In this document: piece by piece, positions 1 through 9,193 of the stretch
Numbering within the stretch: position 1 is the first letter of the stretch
Layout: each line of letters starts with the position of its first letter
Assembly: GCA_046719255.1 (NCBI GenBank)
Contig: JBDNDG010000001.1
Location: 1-56,858, forward strand
Origin: Chloroflexaceae bacterium
GTDB lineage: Bacteria > Chloroflexota > Chloroflexia > Chloroflexales > Chloroflexaceae
Direction of reading: 5' to 3'
Length of the DNA: 56,858 nt
The notes under the pieces: generated by a model
Told to the model about the DNA's origin: nothing
Databases searched by the model: none
The model's input: only the letters and a program-made list of their open reading frames with translations
Translations under genes and position numbers: made by a program

Positions 1-17
1 CCCGCCGGCGCGGGCTG

Positions 18-1172
18 TTGCAACGCTTCCCTCTGGTGCTGATGCTCGCACTCGTACCGCTGCTTGGCGCGCAGTTCCTCGGCCCGCGGCTGCCCCGGCC
101 CCTGAACCTGCCCCAGGCACAGACGGTGGAAACGCGCAACCCGCGGATCGGCGTGCACACCCGTCTGACCGGGATCGGCGATGAAGCCTACATCCGGCGC
201 ACCCTGGAGCAGGTGCGAGAGATGGGCGCCCCCTGGATCGTCGAATTGTTCCCCTGGGCCTATGCGCAACCCCGCTCGCGCTACGGCTACGATTGGGCCG
301 GCGCCGATATGGTCATCGCCCACGCCCGGCAACAGGGGCTGACTGTTGTGGCCCGGCTCGACCTGGTGCCCGAATGGGCGCGCTCGCCGCGGACCACGGA
401 CCGGTATCTGGCCCCCGAGCGCTACGCCGACTATGCCGCCTACGTCACCGCCTTCGCCCAACGCTACCGCCCGCTGGGCGTGCGCCACCTGATCATCTGG
501 AACGAGCCTAACCTGCGCTTCGAGTGGGGTGAACGCCCGCCCGACCCCGGAGCCTACGCCGCGCTGCTCAAGGTTGTCTACCCGGCCGTTAAGGCCGCCG
601 TTCCCGACGCGGTGGTGATCGCCGGGGCCCTCTCACCCGGCGGCGAGCTTGATGGCGGGCAAACGCGCATGGACGATATGCAGTACCTGGCCTCGCTCTA
701 CGACGCCGGGGCCGGCCCGTTCTTCGACATGTGGTCGGTTCACGCCTATGGCGGCCAGGAACCGCCTGAGGCCCCACCGGCTCCCGAGAAGGTCAACTTC
801 CGCCGTATCGAACTGGTGCGCGCATTGATGGACCGCTTTGGCGACGCGGCGAAGCCAATCATCGTTACCGAGGGGGGCTACAACGACCATCCGCGCTGGA
901 ACGCTGCCGTGCGTCCGTCCGATCGCATCCGCTGGACGATCGCCACCTACGAACGGGCCCGAAGCTACCCCTGGCTCACGGCTGTGGTCCTCTGGCAATT
1001 TTCCGCTCCCTTCGCCACACGCTCCTACCCCGACGCCTGGAACTTCGTGGCCCCCGACGGCACCCCGCGAGCGATCTACGATGCCGTGCGCGCCTACGCC
1101 CGTGGCGAGGCAAGCGAATTACCCCCTCTGCCCGCCCGCCACGCAGCGACAGGATCGCGCAAAATGGTATAA
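18..1172 (+). CDS. secreted clan GH-A (GH5-like) glycoside hydrolase
   Basis: 384-aa ORF with a hydrophobic signal-like N-terminus. Motifs IIWNEPN (acid/base Glu) and IIVTEGG (nucleophile Glu) are typical of (beta/alpha)8 clan A glycosidases. The TTG start is uncertain and the gene may begin upstream of the window. Confidence 0.6.
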   Translation: MQRFPLVLMLALVPLLGAQFLGPRLPRPLNLPQAQTVETRNPRIGVHTRLTGIGDEAYIRRTLEQVREMGAPWIVELFPWAYAQPRSRYGYDWAGADMVIAHARQQGLTVVARLDLVPEWARSPRTTDRYLAPERYADYAAYVTAFAQRYRPLGVRHLIIWNEPNLRFEWGERPPDPGAYAALLKVVYPAVKAAVPDAVVIAGALSPGGELDGGQTRMDDMQYLASLYDAGAGPFFDMWSVHAYGGQEPPEAPPAPEKVNFRRIELVRALMDRFGDAAKPIIVTEGGYNDHPRWNAAVRPSDRIRWTIATYERARSYPWLTAVVLWQFSAPFATRSYPDAWNFVAPDGTPRAIYDAVRAYARGEASELPPLPARHAATGSRKMV

Positions 1173-1317
1173 TCTCGTGTGCGCGGCCCCCGGGGGAGGG
1201 TACCCGAGGATCCTGCCCGCCCGGGCGAGCCTCCTGCCCGTCCAGGTGGCGAGCGGCGAGGCGGCGCACTGGCTGGAACGAGAGCAGATGACCGCGATAC
1301 CGAAAAGCGAGGGAGGC

Positions 1318-1944
1318 ATGCGTCCGATCCCCCTTTTTGCACTGACCCTGCTGATCGCCGCGACGCTGGTGGCGGGTTGCGGCGCGCGCCCTGGCGACAC
1401 CCCGCCCGGCGTGAGCCTCGGGCAGCCCCTGCCCGAGGCCAGTTTCACCACCGGGAGCGGCGAGCGGGTCAGCGTGGCCGATCTGCGGGGCAACCCCGCG
1501 GTGATCAACTTCTGGGCCACCTGGTGCGCGCCATGCCGCGAAGAGATCCCCGTGTTGCAGGCCGCCTACGCCGCACACGGCCAGAACGGGGTAGCGTTCC
1601 TCGCCGTCACCGATGAACTGCCCATCACGGTGCGCCCGTTTATGGAGCAGATCAATATGACCCTCCCGGTCTGGTACGATCCTGGCGGTCGCGCCGGGCA
1701 GAGGTACGCGATCCAGAGCATTCCCACGACCTTCTTCCTCGACGCCGACGGGCGCTTGGTAGCCCGCCATACCGGGGCGTTGACCCGTCGTCAGCTCGAG
1801 GCCTACCTGCAACAACTCACCAGCGGACGCGAGGACCGGCCCGAGCCTCCTGCCGGCGATCCGCCTCTGCCGACCCGCATTCCGGCTCCTGGCGGTGCTG
1901 AGACGGTTGGCTGGCAGCGAGCCGGGCAGGCTGCCGCGTGGTAA
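1318..1944 (+). CDS. TlpA/ResA-like thiol-disulfide oxidoreductase lipoprotein (thioredoxin fold)
   Basis: Start trimmed to ATG 1318, preceded by GAGGGAGG. Lipobox LVAGC, thioredoxin active site WATWCAPC, and redoxin-like 'IPTTFFLD'. The track ORF 838..1944 is an upstream extension. Confidence 0.8.
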   Translation: MRPIPLFALTLLIAATLVAGCGARPGDTPPGVSLGQPLPEASFTTGSGERVSVADLRGNPAVINFWATWCAPCREEIPVLQAAYAAHGQNGVAFLAVTDELPITVRPFMEQINMTLPVWYDPGGRAGQRYAIQSIPTTFFLDADGRLVARHTGALTRRQLEAYLQQLTSGREDRPEPPAGDPPLPTRIPAPGGAETVGWQRAGQAAAW

Positions 1945-2017
1945 CGTCAGACCCTCGTGGGCGCGCCGCGGGTGGCGCCCACACGAAAGCGCCCGAATCC
2001 AACAGGAGACCCCGCCT

Positions 2018-3226
2018 ATGCCCGCTCAGAAGCAGTACCGCCTGGCCCGGCGCCTGGCCCAGCTCGAACCGTCGGCCACCACCGCAATGAACGCGCGCGT
2101 TCAGCAATTGCGCGCCGAAGGTATCAAGGTGATCTCGTTCAGCGTTGGCGAGCCGGATTTCAACACCCCCGAGCCGATCAAGGCCGCCGCGATCGAAGCC
2201 ATTCACAAAAATTACACCCACTACACGCCGGCCGGCGGTATTGCCGAGCTGCGGAAGGCCGTAGCCGCGCGCGTAAGTGAGGACCAGGGGTTGAGCTACA
2301 GTATCAACCAGGTGACGGTGACCACCGGCGCCAAGGAGGCGCTCTACCTGGCCTTTCAGGCCCTCTGCGACGATGGCGACGAGGCGATCATCCCCGCCCC
2401 GTACTGGGTGAGCTACGTTGAGCAGGCCAGGCTGGCGGGGGCAGTTCCCGTGACACCCTTCGGCGCCGAGGCCAGCGGCTTCAAGCTCACCCCCGAGCAG
2501 TTGCAGGCGGCGCTCACCCCGCGTACCCGGCTGATCGTGCTCAACTCGCCCTCGAACCCCACCGGCGCGGTGTACAGCGCCGAAGAGCTTCACGCCCTCG
2601 CCGAGGTGATCCGCGGCAGCGAGGCGCTGGTGATCACCGATGAGATCTACGACGCGATCAGCTACGTGCCCTGCGCCCGGCTGCTGCGCGTGGCGCCCGA
2701 CCTGGCCGATCGCACCCTGGTAGTCAATGGCGCTTCAAAAGCGTACGCCATGACGGGCTGGCGCATCGGCTACGTGGCCGGCCCGCAGCCGATTATCACG
2801 GCGATCAAGGACATTCAGAGCCATTCCAGCACCCATACCGCCTCGATCTCGCAGTACGCGGCCCTGGCGGCCTACACCCCCAGTCCTGAGCTTGACCAGA
2901 CCGTGCGCGAGATGGTTGCCGCTTTCCAGCGGCGCCGCGATCTGATCCTGGAGTTGCTCGCCGAGATCCCCGGCGTCACCTGCAACGTGCCTGATGGGGC
3001 CTTCTATGTCTTCCCCAATGTCAGCGCGCTCCTGGGGCAACCTCTGAAGAACGGGATCGTGTGCGACAGCAGCGACGCTCTGAACACGTACCTCCTCGAC
3101 CACGCCTACATCGCCTGCGTGAGTGGCGAGTCGTTTGGCGCGCCGGGCTATCTGCGACTCTCCTACGCCACCAGTGAGGAGGAGATTGTTGAGGGGATGC
3201 GGCGCTTCCGCGCCAGTCTCGCCTGA
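2018..3226 (+). CDS. aspC: class I PLP-dependent aspartate aminotransferase
   Basis: ATG 2018 lies after AGGAGA. Motifs FSVGEPDF, NSPSNPTG and the PLP-lysine motif SKAYAMTGWRIGY. About 402 aa. Confidence 0.85.
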   Translation: MPAQKQYRLARRLAQLEPSATTAMNARVQQLRAEGIKVISFSVGEPDFNTPEPIKAAAIEAIHKNYTHYTPAGGIAELRKAVAARVSEDQGLSYSINQVTVTTGAKEALYLAFQALCDDGDEAIIPAPYWVSYVEQARLAGAVPVTPFGAEASGFKLTPEQLQAALTPRTRLIVLNSPSNPTGAVYSAEELHALAEVIRGSEALVITDEIYDAISYVPCARLLRVAPDLADRTLVVNGASKAYAMTGWRIGYVAGPQPIITAIKDIQSHSSTHTASISQYAALAAYTPSPELDQTVREMVAAFQRRRDLILELLAEIPGVTCNVPDGAFYVFPNVSALLGQPLKNGIVCDSSDALNTYLLDHAYIACVSGESFGAPGYLRLSYATSEEEIVEGMRRFRASLA

Positions 3227-3317
3227 GTCTGCGCCACCCACGCCCGCCCTTTCAGGGACAGCGTTTTTTGCGGAGCGCATCAGGAAACCATGGCGGCAGC
3301 GAGTCCTCACCCCCAGC

Positions 3318-3342
3318 CCCCTCTCCCTTAGCGGGAGAGGGG
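3318..3342. repeat. CCCCTCTCCC-N5-GGGAGAGGGG hairpin repeat (10-bp stem)
   Basis: Seen directly, ~90 nt downstream of the aspC stop. A second copy with an 11-bp stem is at 34858..34885, downstream of the ArsA-like gene. Confidence 0.7.
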
Positions 3343-3517
3343 AAGTCCATATGTGGCGTCCCAACAGTGCACCTGTGAACGGTACGCCTGGGAGGGCTAC
3401 GCTCTCCCAGGCCCCTCCCCGGGTGGGGGAACAGAAACCCGGGTCCCCCCGTTACGCGGCGCCGGGGACGTCTGGCGCCCCGGCGGACAGGCGAAGCCAC
3501 GCCGGGTATGCAATCTT

Positions 3518-4543
3518 ATGATCCGCACCACCTCACTCTCCGCCCTCGTCCCGCGACTTGCCGGACAACGGGTGCTGGTCATCGGCGATCTGACGCTCGA
3601 TGAATACCTGTACGGACGGGCGACACGTCTCTCGCGCGAGGCGCCCATTCCGGTGCTGGAGTTCTTGCGGCGCGAGGTGATCCTGGGCGGGGCGACGAAC
3701 CCCGCCCGCAACATCGTGGCTCTGGGCGGGTTTGCCACCCAGGTGGGCATCATCGGCGCGGACAGCGAAGGGGAACAGGTGCGCGCCCTCTGCCATGCGG
3801 CGCGGATTGATGCCGCCGGGCTGATCGTCGCCCCCGAGCGCCCGACCACGCGTAAGACGCGCATCCTGGCCGACGAGGCCCCCCGCCTCCCGCAGCAAGT
3901 GGCGCGCCTCGATCGGCTGGAACGCGCCCCGCTTGGGCCAGCCGACGAAGCCCGGGTCATCGAGGCGCTCCGGGCACTCGTGCCCGGCCACGCGGCGGTG
4001 CTGTGCTCGGACTACCAGCTCGGGTTGTTGACGCCGCGGGTGGTACGCGCTGTGCGCGCGCTGTGCAAGGCTCACGGGGCGCTCTTCTGCGTGGATGCCC
4101 AGGGTAACTCGCGCTACTACAGCGGCGCTGACCTGTTCCGCTGCAACAACCGCGAAGCCGAGGCGGCCCTGGAACAGCCGCTGCGCAGCGAAGCCGACTT
4201 TCGGCGCGGAGTGGGCCGGCTACGCGCCGAGCTGGATGCGCGGCTGGTCATCGTAACCCGCGGCCCAGAGGGGTTATCGCTCGAAGGTGACGGGGTGGGC
4301 TATACCCACCTGCCGGCGCTGCGGATCAGCGAAGTGTACGACACGACCGGGGCGGGCGACACCTTTGTAGCCGTGGCGACCCTGGCGCTGGCCGCCGGCA
4401 TCGCCCCGGTCGAGGCGGCACATCTGGCCAATGCAGCCGCAGCCCTGGTGGTGCGGCGCTTCGGCAACGCCGTGGTGACACCCGAGGAACTGCGCGATGC
4501 CCTGGAGCGGCAGGCGCAAGGGGACACTGAAATGAAGCCCTGA
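3518..4543 (+). CDS. PfkB-family sugar kinase, RfaE/HldE domain-I-like (heptose-7-phosphate kinase-like)
   Basis: N-terminus VLVIGDLTLDEYLYG...REAPIPV and C-terminal TTGAGDTF...ANAAAALVV ribokinase signature. Start trimmed to ATG 3518. Confidence 0.75.
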   Translation: MIRTTSLSALVPRLAGQRVLVIGDLTLDEYLYGRATRLSREAPIPVLEFLRREVILGGATNPARNIVALGGFATQVGIIGADSEGEQVRALCHAARIDAAGLIVAPERPTTRKTRILADEAPRLPQQVARLDRLERAPLGPADEARVIEALRALVPGHAAVLCSDYQLGLLTPRVVRAVRALCKAHGALFCVDAQGNSRYYSGADLFRCNNREAEAALEQPLRSEADFRRGVGRLRAELDARLVIVTRGPEGLSLEGDGVGYTHLPALRISEVYDTTGAGDTFVAVATLALAAGIAPVEAAHLANAAAALVVRRFGNAVVTPEELRDALERQAQGDTEMKP

Positions 4544-4571
4544 TGGCATCACGTGGGGAGCAGGGAGAGGT

Positions 4572-4934
4572 TCAGGCCCGGGGCTTGAAAGCTGCCAGCG
4601 CCTCTTGTTCGTCCTGGTAGATTTCGGCGTACTGCGCCAGACCCACCATACGGAAGATCTTCTGGAAGTGAGGCGAGAGACCGCTCACGGCGAGTTTCTG
4701 CTCATTGCGGGTCACTTCGGTGACAATTCCGATCAGAATAGCGATCCCTGCGCTGTTGATGTAATCGTTCTGGCGGAAGTTCAGCAGCACGTGCCGCGCG
4801 CCTTTACTCGTCACCTCGCGATAGGCGTTGTTAATCTTCTCCTCGGCAAAGGTAGTCACATCGCCTGACAGATCGATAATCGCTACTCCATCGCGCTCGC
4901 GGGTGCTTACGGTCAACTCATCTTCAAGCATCAT
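4572..4934 (-). CDS. STAS-domain anti-sigma-factor antagonist (RsbV/SpoIIAA-like)
   Basis: 120 aa. ATG 4934 follows GGAGGAG. Contains 'DYINSAGIAILIG' with the phosphorylatable Ser context typical of STAS antagonists. Confidence 0.85.
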   Translation of the reverse strand: MMLEDELTVSTRERDGVAIIDLSGDVTTFAEEKINNAYREVTSKGARHVLLNFRQNDYINSAGIAILIGIVTEVTRNEQKLAVSGLSPHFQKIFRMVGLAQYAEIYQDEQEALAAFKPRA

Positions 4935-5027
4935 AACGCTCCTCCCCACGCCATGGCCACCGGGACCTCAGCGGAGCTTTGTTGTCGGCCGCGGGGCCGA
5001 AGCAGCGGCTGCACCAGCGCCTCGGCC

Positions 5028-5495
5028 TTACCTGTCGCCCGGGGAGCAATGCCCCGGCTGGCGATAGAAGGCAAAGCGAAAACAGTTTCCCGGGCCGGAC
5101 CGGGTGACAAAACCGGCCTCGTCGCAGAGCTGGCTGATCAGCACAAGGCCCATACCACGGGCCGAGCCATGGCCGGCCACCTTCTCGCCGATACTGAGCG
5201 GCGCGGGGGCGGCAGTGTAGCGGCTTACCCCCTGATCGAGCACTTCCACCACCAGGCGCTCATCCTCAACCCGGCAGAAGATCTGCACCCGCAGACCTGG
5301 ATCAAGCGAGTTACCGTGCTCCATCGCATTGACACAGGCCTCGCACAGTGCCGTCTTGAGATCCTCGATGCGTTCGGCGGGGACACCGAGACGACGGGCG
5401 AACGCAGCGACCGCATCACGAGCGATCACTTCGTAGCCAAGCTCGCTGGGCAGCGAAAGTTCCAGACTCGCAGGTGAGCAGGCAGCGGTACTCAT
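5028..5495 (-). CDS. RsbW/SpoIIAB-like anti-sigma serine kinase (HATPase_c), copy 2
   Basis: N-box EACVNAMEHGN, G1-like LDQG, G2-like ARGMGLVLI. Its ATG overlaps the stop of the upstream paralog (ATGA at 5495..5492). Confidence 0.8.
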   Translation of the reverse strand: MSTAACSPASLELSLPSELGYEVIARDAVAAFARRLGVPAERIEDLKTALCEACVNAMEHGNSLDPGLRVQIFCRVEDERLVVEVLDQGVSRYTAAPAPLSIGEKVAGHGSARGMGLVLISQLCDEAGFVTRSGPGNCFRFAFYRQPGHCSPGDR

Positions 5496-5950
5496 TGCTC
5501 GAGATGGATCACCATACGAATCTGGTTACCGCCACTGGGCGCAGTCGAAAACTCAACCTTGTCCATAAGCTCGCGGATCAGCCAGATCCCCCAACCGCCC
5601 TTATCGTCCTGTTCGAGGACCTCTTCGATCACCGGCCGGCGAACGGTCCAGCTCTGGTCGAAGGGTTTCCGTCCCTGATCGGCCACATCAACGATCAACT
5701 TATCAGCGCGAGCAGTCAGCAGAACCACCACCTTCATCGCGGCATCGTGTTCATTGCCGTGCTCAATCGCATTGGTGACTGCCTCGCTGACCGCGGTTTT
5801 CAGGGACTCGACGCGGTCAGGCTGAAACCCCATCCGGCGGGCCAGTGACGAGGCAGTATCCATCGCCACACGCTCGTAGCCGAGCTTGCTGGGCAGGCGC
5901 AGCTCAATCACCCGTTCGATTGGATCACGTGGTGGGGTTTCGCCGCTCAT
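5492..5950 (-). CDS. RsbW/SpoIIAB-like anti-sigma serine kinase (HATPase_c), copy 1
   Basis: Start trimmed to ATG 5950 (MSGETPP). N-box EAVTNAIEHGN, DQG, GGWGIWLI. The track ORF extends through a repeat element upstream. Confidence 0.8.
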   Translation of the reverse strand: MSGETPPRDPIERVIELRLPSKLGYERVAMDTASSLARRMGFQPDRVESLKTAVSEAVTNAIEHGNEHDAAMKVVVLLTARADKLIVDVADQGRKPFDQSWTVRRPVIEEVLEQDDKGGWGIWLIRELMDKVEFSTAPSGGNQIRMVIHLEQ

Positions 5951-5959
5951 GCGTGTAAC

Positions 5960-5974
5960 ATTATATGTATTATG
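5960..5974 (-). promoter_or_regulatory. AT-rich -10 region (TATAAT 5960..5965, CATAAT 5969..5974) immediately upstream of the kinase operon
   Basis: TATAAT ends only 9 nt before ATG 5950, implying a leaderless or near-leaderless mRNA. No good -35 hexamer. Confidence 0.3.
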
Positions 5975-6059
5975 CCGGGCAGTTATCAGACACCTGTGGA
6001 GTTGCGCCGCGCAACGCCAGAATGAACATTCAGGAGGGCTTGCCACCCCGTGGGGGAAT

Positions 6060-6078
6060 GGGGAAACCGGGTTTCCCC
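6060..6078. repeat. module A hairpin GGGGAAAC-CGG-GTTTCCCC
   Basis: Exact 19-mer. It is part of a composite element that includes the flanking 'cgcaacgccagaatgaacat' module at 6011..6030. Confidence 0.9.
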
Positions 6079-6148
6079 ACAGGCTCACTTGAGACGTCCT
6101 TGCACCTGCGCCGCGCAGCACAGCCAGGTGGACGCAACACCAGGAATG

Positions 6149-6168
6149 ACGTGTGTTCTAACACACGT
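6149..6168. promoter_or_regulatory. 20-bp palindrome ACGTGTGTT-CT-AACACACGT
   Basis: Perfect 9-bp arms. Lies ~190 nt upstream of the kinase operon start and ~160 nt downstream of the pccB stop. Operator-like, function unknown. Confidence 0.25.
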
Positions 6169-6270
6169 TGCGCGTGAAATCATAACACAGAGAAGGACCG
6201 TGACGCAATAGGACGGACGTTCGAACGGCATCACCGATAACCCGATGGACCCGAGCAAAGAAATGCGTTT

Positions 6271-6289
6271 GGGAGGGCCGTGCCCTCCC
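6271..6289. repeat. module B hairpin GGGAGGGC-N3-GCCCTCCC
   Basis: Seen directly: gggagggccgtgccctccc. Confidence 0.9.
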
Positions 6290-6330
6290 AAACCCTCACA
6301 CGCGGGCCACACTCACCTCAAGGTTTGCGG

Positions 6331-7884
6331 CTACAGTGGAATGTTCCCGTGTTTACGTGCGGGCATACTCTGGCGCTTGGTGCGCGCGATGCGCAGGGCG
6401 CGGATCAGAGCCGGGCGCGTCTCCTTAGGTTCGATCACGGCGTCAATGTACCCGCGCTCGGCGGCAACGTAGGGGTTGGCAAAACGGTTCTGGTAATCCT
6501 CGACCAGTTCGGCCAGGCGCTGTTGCGGATTAGCGGCCTCGGCAAGCTCCTTGCGGAAGATGATGCGCACGGCGGCATCCACACCCATCACGGCGATCTC
6601 GGCAGTGGGCCAGGCGAAGTTGAAATCGGCGCGGATATGTTTGGAAGCCATCACATCGTAGGCGCCGCCGTAGGCCTTGCGCGTAATTACCGTGAGCTTG
6701 GGCACCGTGGCCTCGCAGTAGGCATAGAGCAACTTGGCGCCATGACGAATGATTCCACCGTACTCCTGCTGTGTGCCCGGCAGGAAGCCCGGCACATCTA
6801 CGAAAGTCACCAGCGGGATATTGAAGGCATCACAGAAGCGCACGAAGCGCGCCCCCTTGACCGAGCTGTCAATATCCAGCGTACCGGCGAGTTGCATAGG
6901 CTGGTTGGCGACCACGCCGACGGGATGGCCATCGAGGCGGGCGAAGCCGATCACGATATTGCGCGCCCAGAAGGGCTGCACCTCGAAGAACTCACCGTGG
7001 TCCACCACTGCCTCGATGACCTTGACGATATCGTAGGCTTTGCGGGGGTTATCGGGGATGAGGGTTTGCAGATCTTCTTCGGTGCGTTCGGGATCATCGG
7101 TGGGTGGAATAGAGGGCGGGTCGTCCATATTGTTCGAGGGGATGAACGAGAGCAGGGTGCGCAACTGATCGAAGCACTCATCCTCGCTATCGGCGGCGAA
7201 GTGGGCCACACCGCTACGGGTATTGTGGGTCATCGCCCCGCCCAGTTCTTCGAACCCCACCTCTTCGCCGGTGACGGTCTTAATCACATCCGGGCCGGTA
7301 ATAAACATCTGGCTGGAACCCTTAACCATGAGGATAAAATCGGTCATGGCGGGGGAATAGACGGCCCCACCGGCACAGGGGCCAGCGATGATCGAGAGTT
7401 GGGGGATCACGCCGCTGCTAATCACGTTACGGTAGAAGATCTCGGCGTAACCGCCCAGGCTAACGACCCCCTCCTGAATGCGTGCGCCGCCCGAGTCGTT
7501 AATGCCGATACAGGGCACACCCATTCGCAGGGCCAGATCCATCACTTTACAGATCTTCTCAGCAAAGACCTCGCCCAGGCTGCCGCCAAAGATGGTGAAA
7601 TCCTGCGAGAACACGCAGACCGGGCGCCCATCAATGGTACCGTGACCGGTAACCACACCGTCGCCGAGGGGTTTGCGCCGTTCCATACCGAAGGCGGACG
7701 TGCGATGGACGGCGAAGGCATCGAGTTCGACGAACGATCCGGGGTCGAGCAGCCGGTCGATGCGCTCCCGCGCGGTCAGCTTGCCGCGTTCGTGTTGCTT
7801 CTGAATAGCCTGGGGGTCGCCAGTCAGAGCCTGCTGGCGACGGCGGCGCAACTCTTCGATCTTCTCGGCGGTGGTCTGCGACAT
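6331..7884 (-). CDS. pccB: acyl-CoA carboxylase carboxyltransferase (beta) subunit, propionyl-CoA carboxylase type
   Basis: 517 aa, full-length carboxyltransferase. Motifs 'GGARIQEG', '[13 protein letters not shown]', '[11 protein letters not shown]'. Confidence 0.9.
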   Translation of the reverse strand: MSQTTAEKIEELRRRRQQALTGDPQAIQKQHERGKLTARERIDRLLDPGSFVELDAFAVHRTSAFGMERRKPLGDGVVTGHGTIDGRPVCVFSQDFTIFGGSLGEVFAEKICKVMDLALRMGVPCIGINDSGGARIQEGVVSLGGYAEIFYRNVISSGVIPQLSIIAGPCAGGAVYSPAMTDFILMVKGSSQMFITGPDVIKTVTGEEVGFEELGGAMTHNTRSGVAHFAADSEDECFDQLRTLLSFIPSNNMDDPPSIPPTDDPERTEEDLQTLIPDNPRKAYDIVKVIEAVVDHGEFFEVQPFWARNIVIGFARLDGHPVGVVANQPMQLAGTLDIDSSVKGARFVRFCDAFNIPLVTFVDVPGFLPGTQQEYGGIIRHGAKLLYAYCEATVPKLTVITRKAYGGAYDVMASKHIRADFNFAWPTAEIAVMGVDAAVRIIFRKELAEAANPQQRLAELVEDYQNRFANPYVAAERGYIDAVIEPKETRPALIRALRIARTKRQSMPARKHGNIPL

Positions 7885-8137
7885 ACAACTGCTCCTTGGC
7901 AGAGACTGAGAACCTATCTCGGGTAGTGAGATACCTTCTGCGTGCCTATTCAGCGAACCCGGTCATCTCTCCTTTGTCGGGCGGATTCTGGCGGGGGATG
8001 CGGGGGCCTGCGGCCCGTTCGGCTCGCCCTCTCTGGCACGGCACGGCTTCGTCGCGCCAGATTCTCTGGAGGAGCAAAGGTCCTCCAGGTCTCCCTGCAA
8101 CGGTAGTGCAGGCAACAAACAAAGCAGAGATATTCGA

Positions 8138-8944
8138 TCAGGCACCGGGAGGGGCATACCCTCCGTGGTCCTCCGAGCGGCTTCCCCGCGTCACCACGGC
8201 CCAGGCGAAGCGAGGCACGGCATTGACGATACGTCGCCAGCGCCCGGGCTGCCGCAGGAGGCGATAGAACCATTCAAGGCCGGCTTGCCGCATCCAGGCC
8301 GGAGCGCGCGGCACGCGCCCTGACAGGTAATCGAACACGCCGCCCACACCGATTGCCAGCGGCACGTTGAGGTAGGGCTGGTTGCGGGCAATCCAGACAT
8401 CCTGGCGTGGATGGCCATAGGCTACCAGCAGAATATGGGGGCGCGCCGCGACGATCAATTGCCGCAGGAACGGCTCGTGGCGCGGGTCGGGCGAGCCGGC
8501 GAACGTTCCCGCAACGATCAGCCCCGGATAACGTTGCTGGAGGGCCAGGGCCGCGGCTTGCGCCACCCCGGGGGCGGCGCCAAGCAGAAAGAGCCGGTAG
8601 CCGCGTTGCGCGCTCAGGGCTGCCAGCCGGTGCGTCAATTCTACCCCGGTGACGCGGCCCCGCAGAGGGGTACCCAGGTAGCGCGCCGCCAGCAACAACC
8701 CCACGCCATCGGGCGTGGCCAGGTCGGCGCCCGCCAGCGCCGCAGCAAAGGCCGGATTGCGGCCCGCTTCGATCACGAACTCCGGGTTCACCGTGACGAA
8801 CTGGTGCCGCCCGCCAGCCTGGATCAGCGCATCGGCCAGCAGTACCGCTTCGTCTTCGGTGACATCGTCAACTCGCACCCCAAGGATACGCACCGATCGC
8901 CGCACGCCAGGCGGCGCGCCCGCGTGCACCACTGTTGTCGCCAT
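8138..8944 (-). CDS. WecB/TagA/CpsF-family glycosyltransferase
   Basis: Start trimmed to ATG 8944. Motifs 'ILGVRVDDVT', 'FVTVNPEF', 'ATPDGVGLL', 'GAAPGVA' and 'LEWFYRLLRQPGRWRR' are typical of the family. Confidence 0.8.
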   Translation of the reverse strand: MATTVVHAGAPPGVRRSVRILGVRVDDVTEDEAVLLADALIQAGGRHQFVTVNPEFVIEAGRNPAFAAALAGADLATPDGVGLLLAARYLGTPLRGRVTGVELTHRLAALSAQRGYRLFLLGAAPGVAQAAALALQQRYPGLIVAGTFAGSPDPRHEPFLRQLIVAARPHILLVAYGHPRQDVWIARNQPYLNVPLAIGVGGVFDYLSGRVPRAPAWMRQAGLEWFYRLLRQPGRWRRIVNAVPRFAWAVVTRGSRSEDHGGYAPPGA

Positions 8945-9034
8945 GATGCGCCGTCCAGTTACAACCGCTACCGTGCTGGTGCATCCGGCACGTTTCATGT
9001 CACTCTGAGCGCGGCGACGGCTGCCGGCGGAGAT

Positions 9035-9093
9035 GCATCCCCTTCGACTGCGCTCAGGGCGACGGCTTCGCTCAGCGTGACCCATGCCGTGCC
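9035..9093 (-). repeat. 59-nt dispersed repeat (family D), inverted copy of 12330..12388
   Basis: The reverse complement aligns to 12330..12388 with about 50/59 identities (ggcacggcatgggt...gagcgaagccg...gtcgaagggga). Confidence 0.75.
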
Positions 9094-9145
9094 GGAGGCG
9101 CCACGTACGCTAATTATAGCGTAGAACGGCGTAGCCGCGGCGCCG

Positions 9146-9154
9146 TGTTATAAT
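9146..9154 (+). promoter_or_regulatory. extended -10 promoter element TGtTATAAT upstream of aspS
   Basis: TG at 9146-9147 and TATAAT at 9149..9154, 40 nt before ATG 9194. The -35 is weak. Confidence 0.4.
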
Positions 9155-9193
9155 GCGAAGGATAGAGAGATCTTCAAACTAGCAGGAGCGTTT

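Noticed and set aside
6280-7926. 548-aa ORF on the plus strand.
   Set aside because: It lies entirely antisense to the well-supported pccB gene. Its Gly/Ala/His-rich composition is typical of GC-rich shadow frames and it has no motif. The same reasoning applies to 18369..20552 (antisense to polA), 36146..39286 (antisense to sbcC), 47460..48713 (antisense to dnaK), 9998..10783 (antisense to aspS) and 11636..12637.
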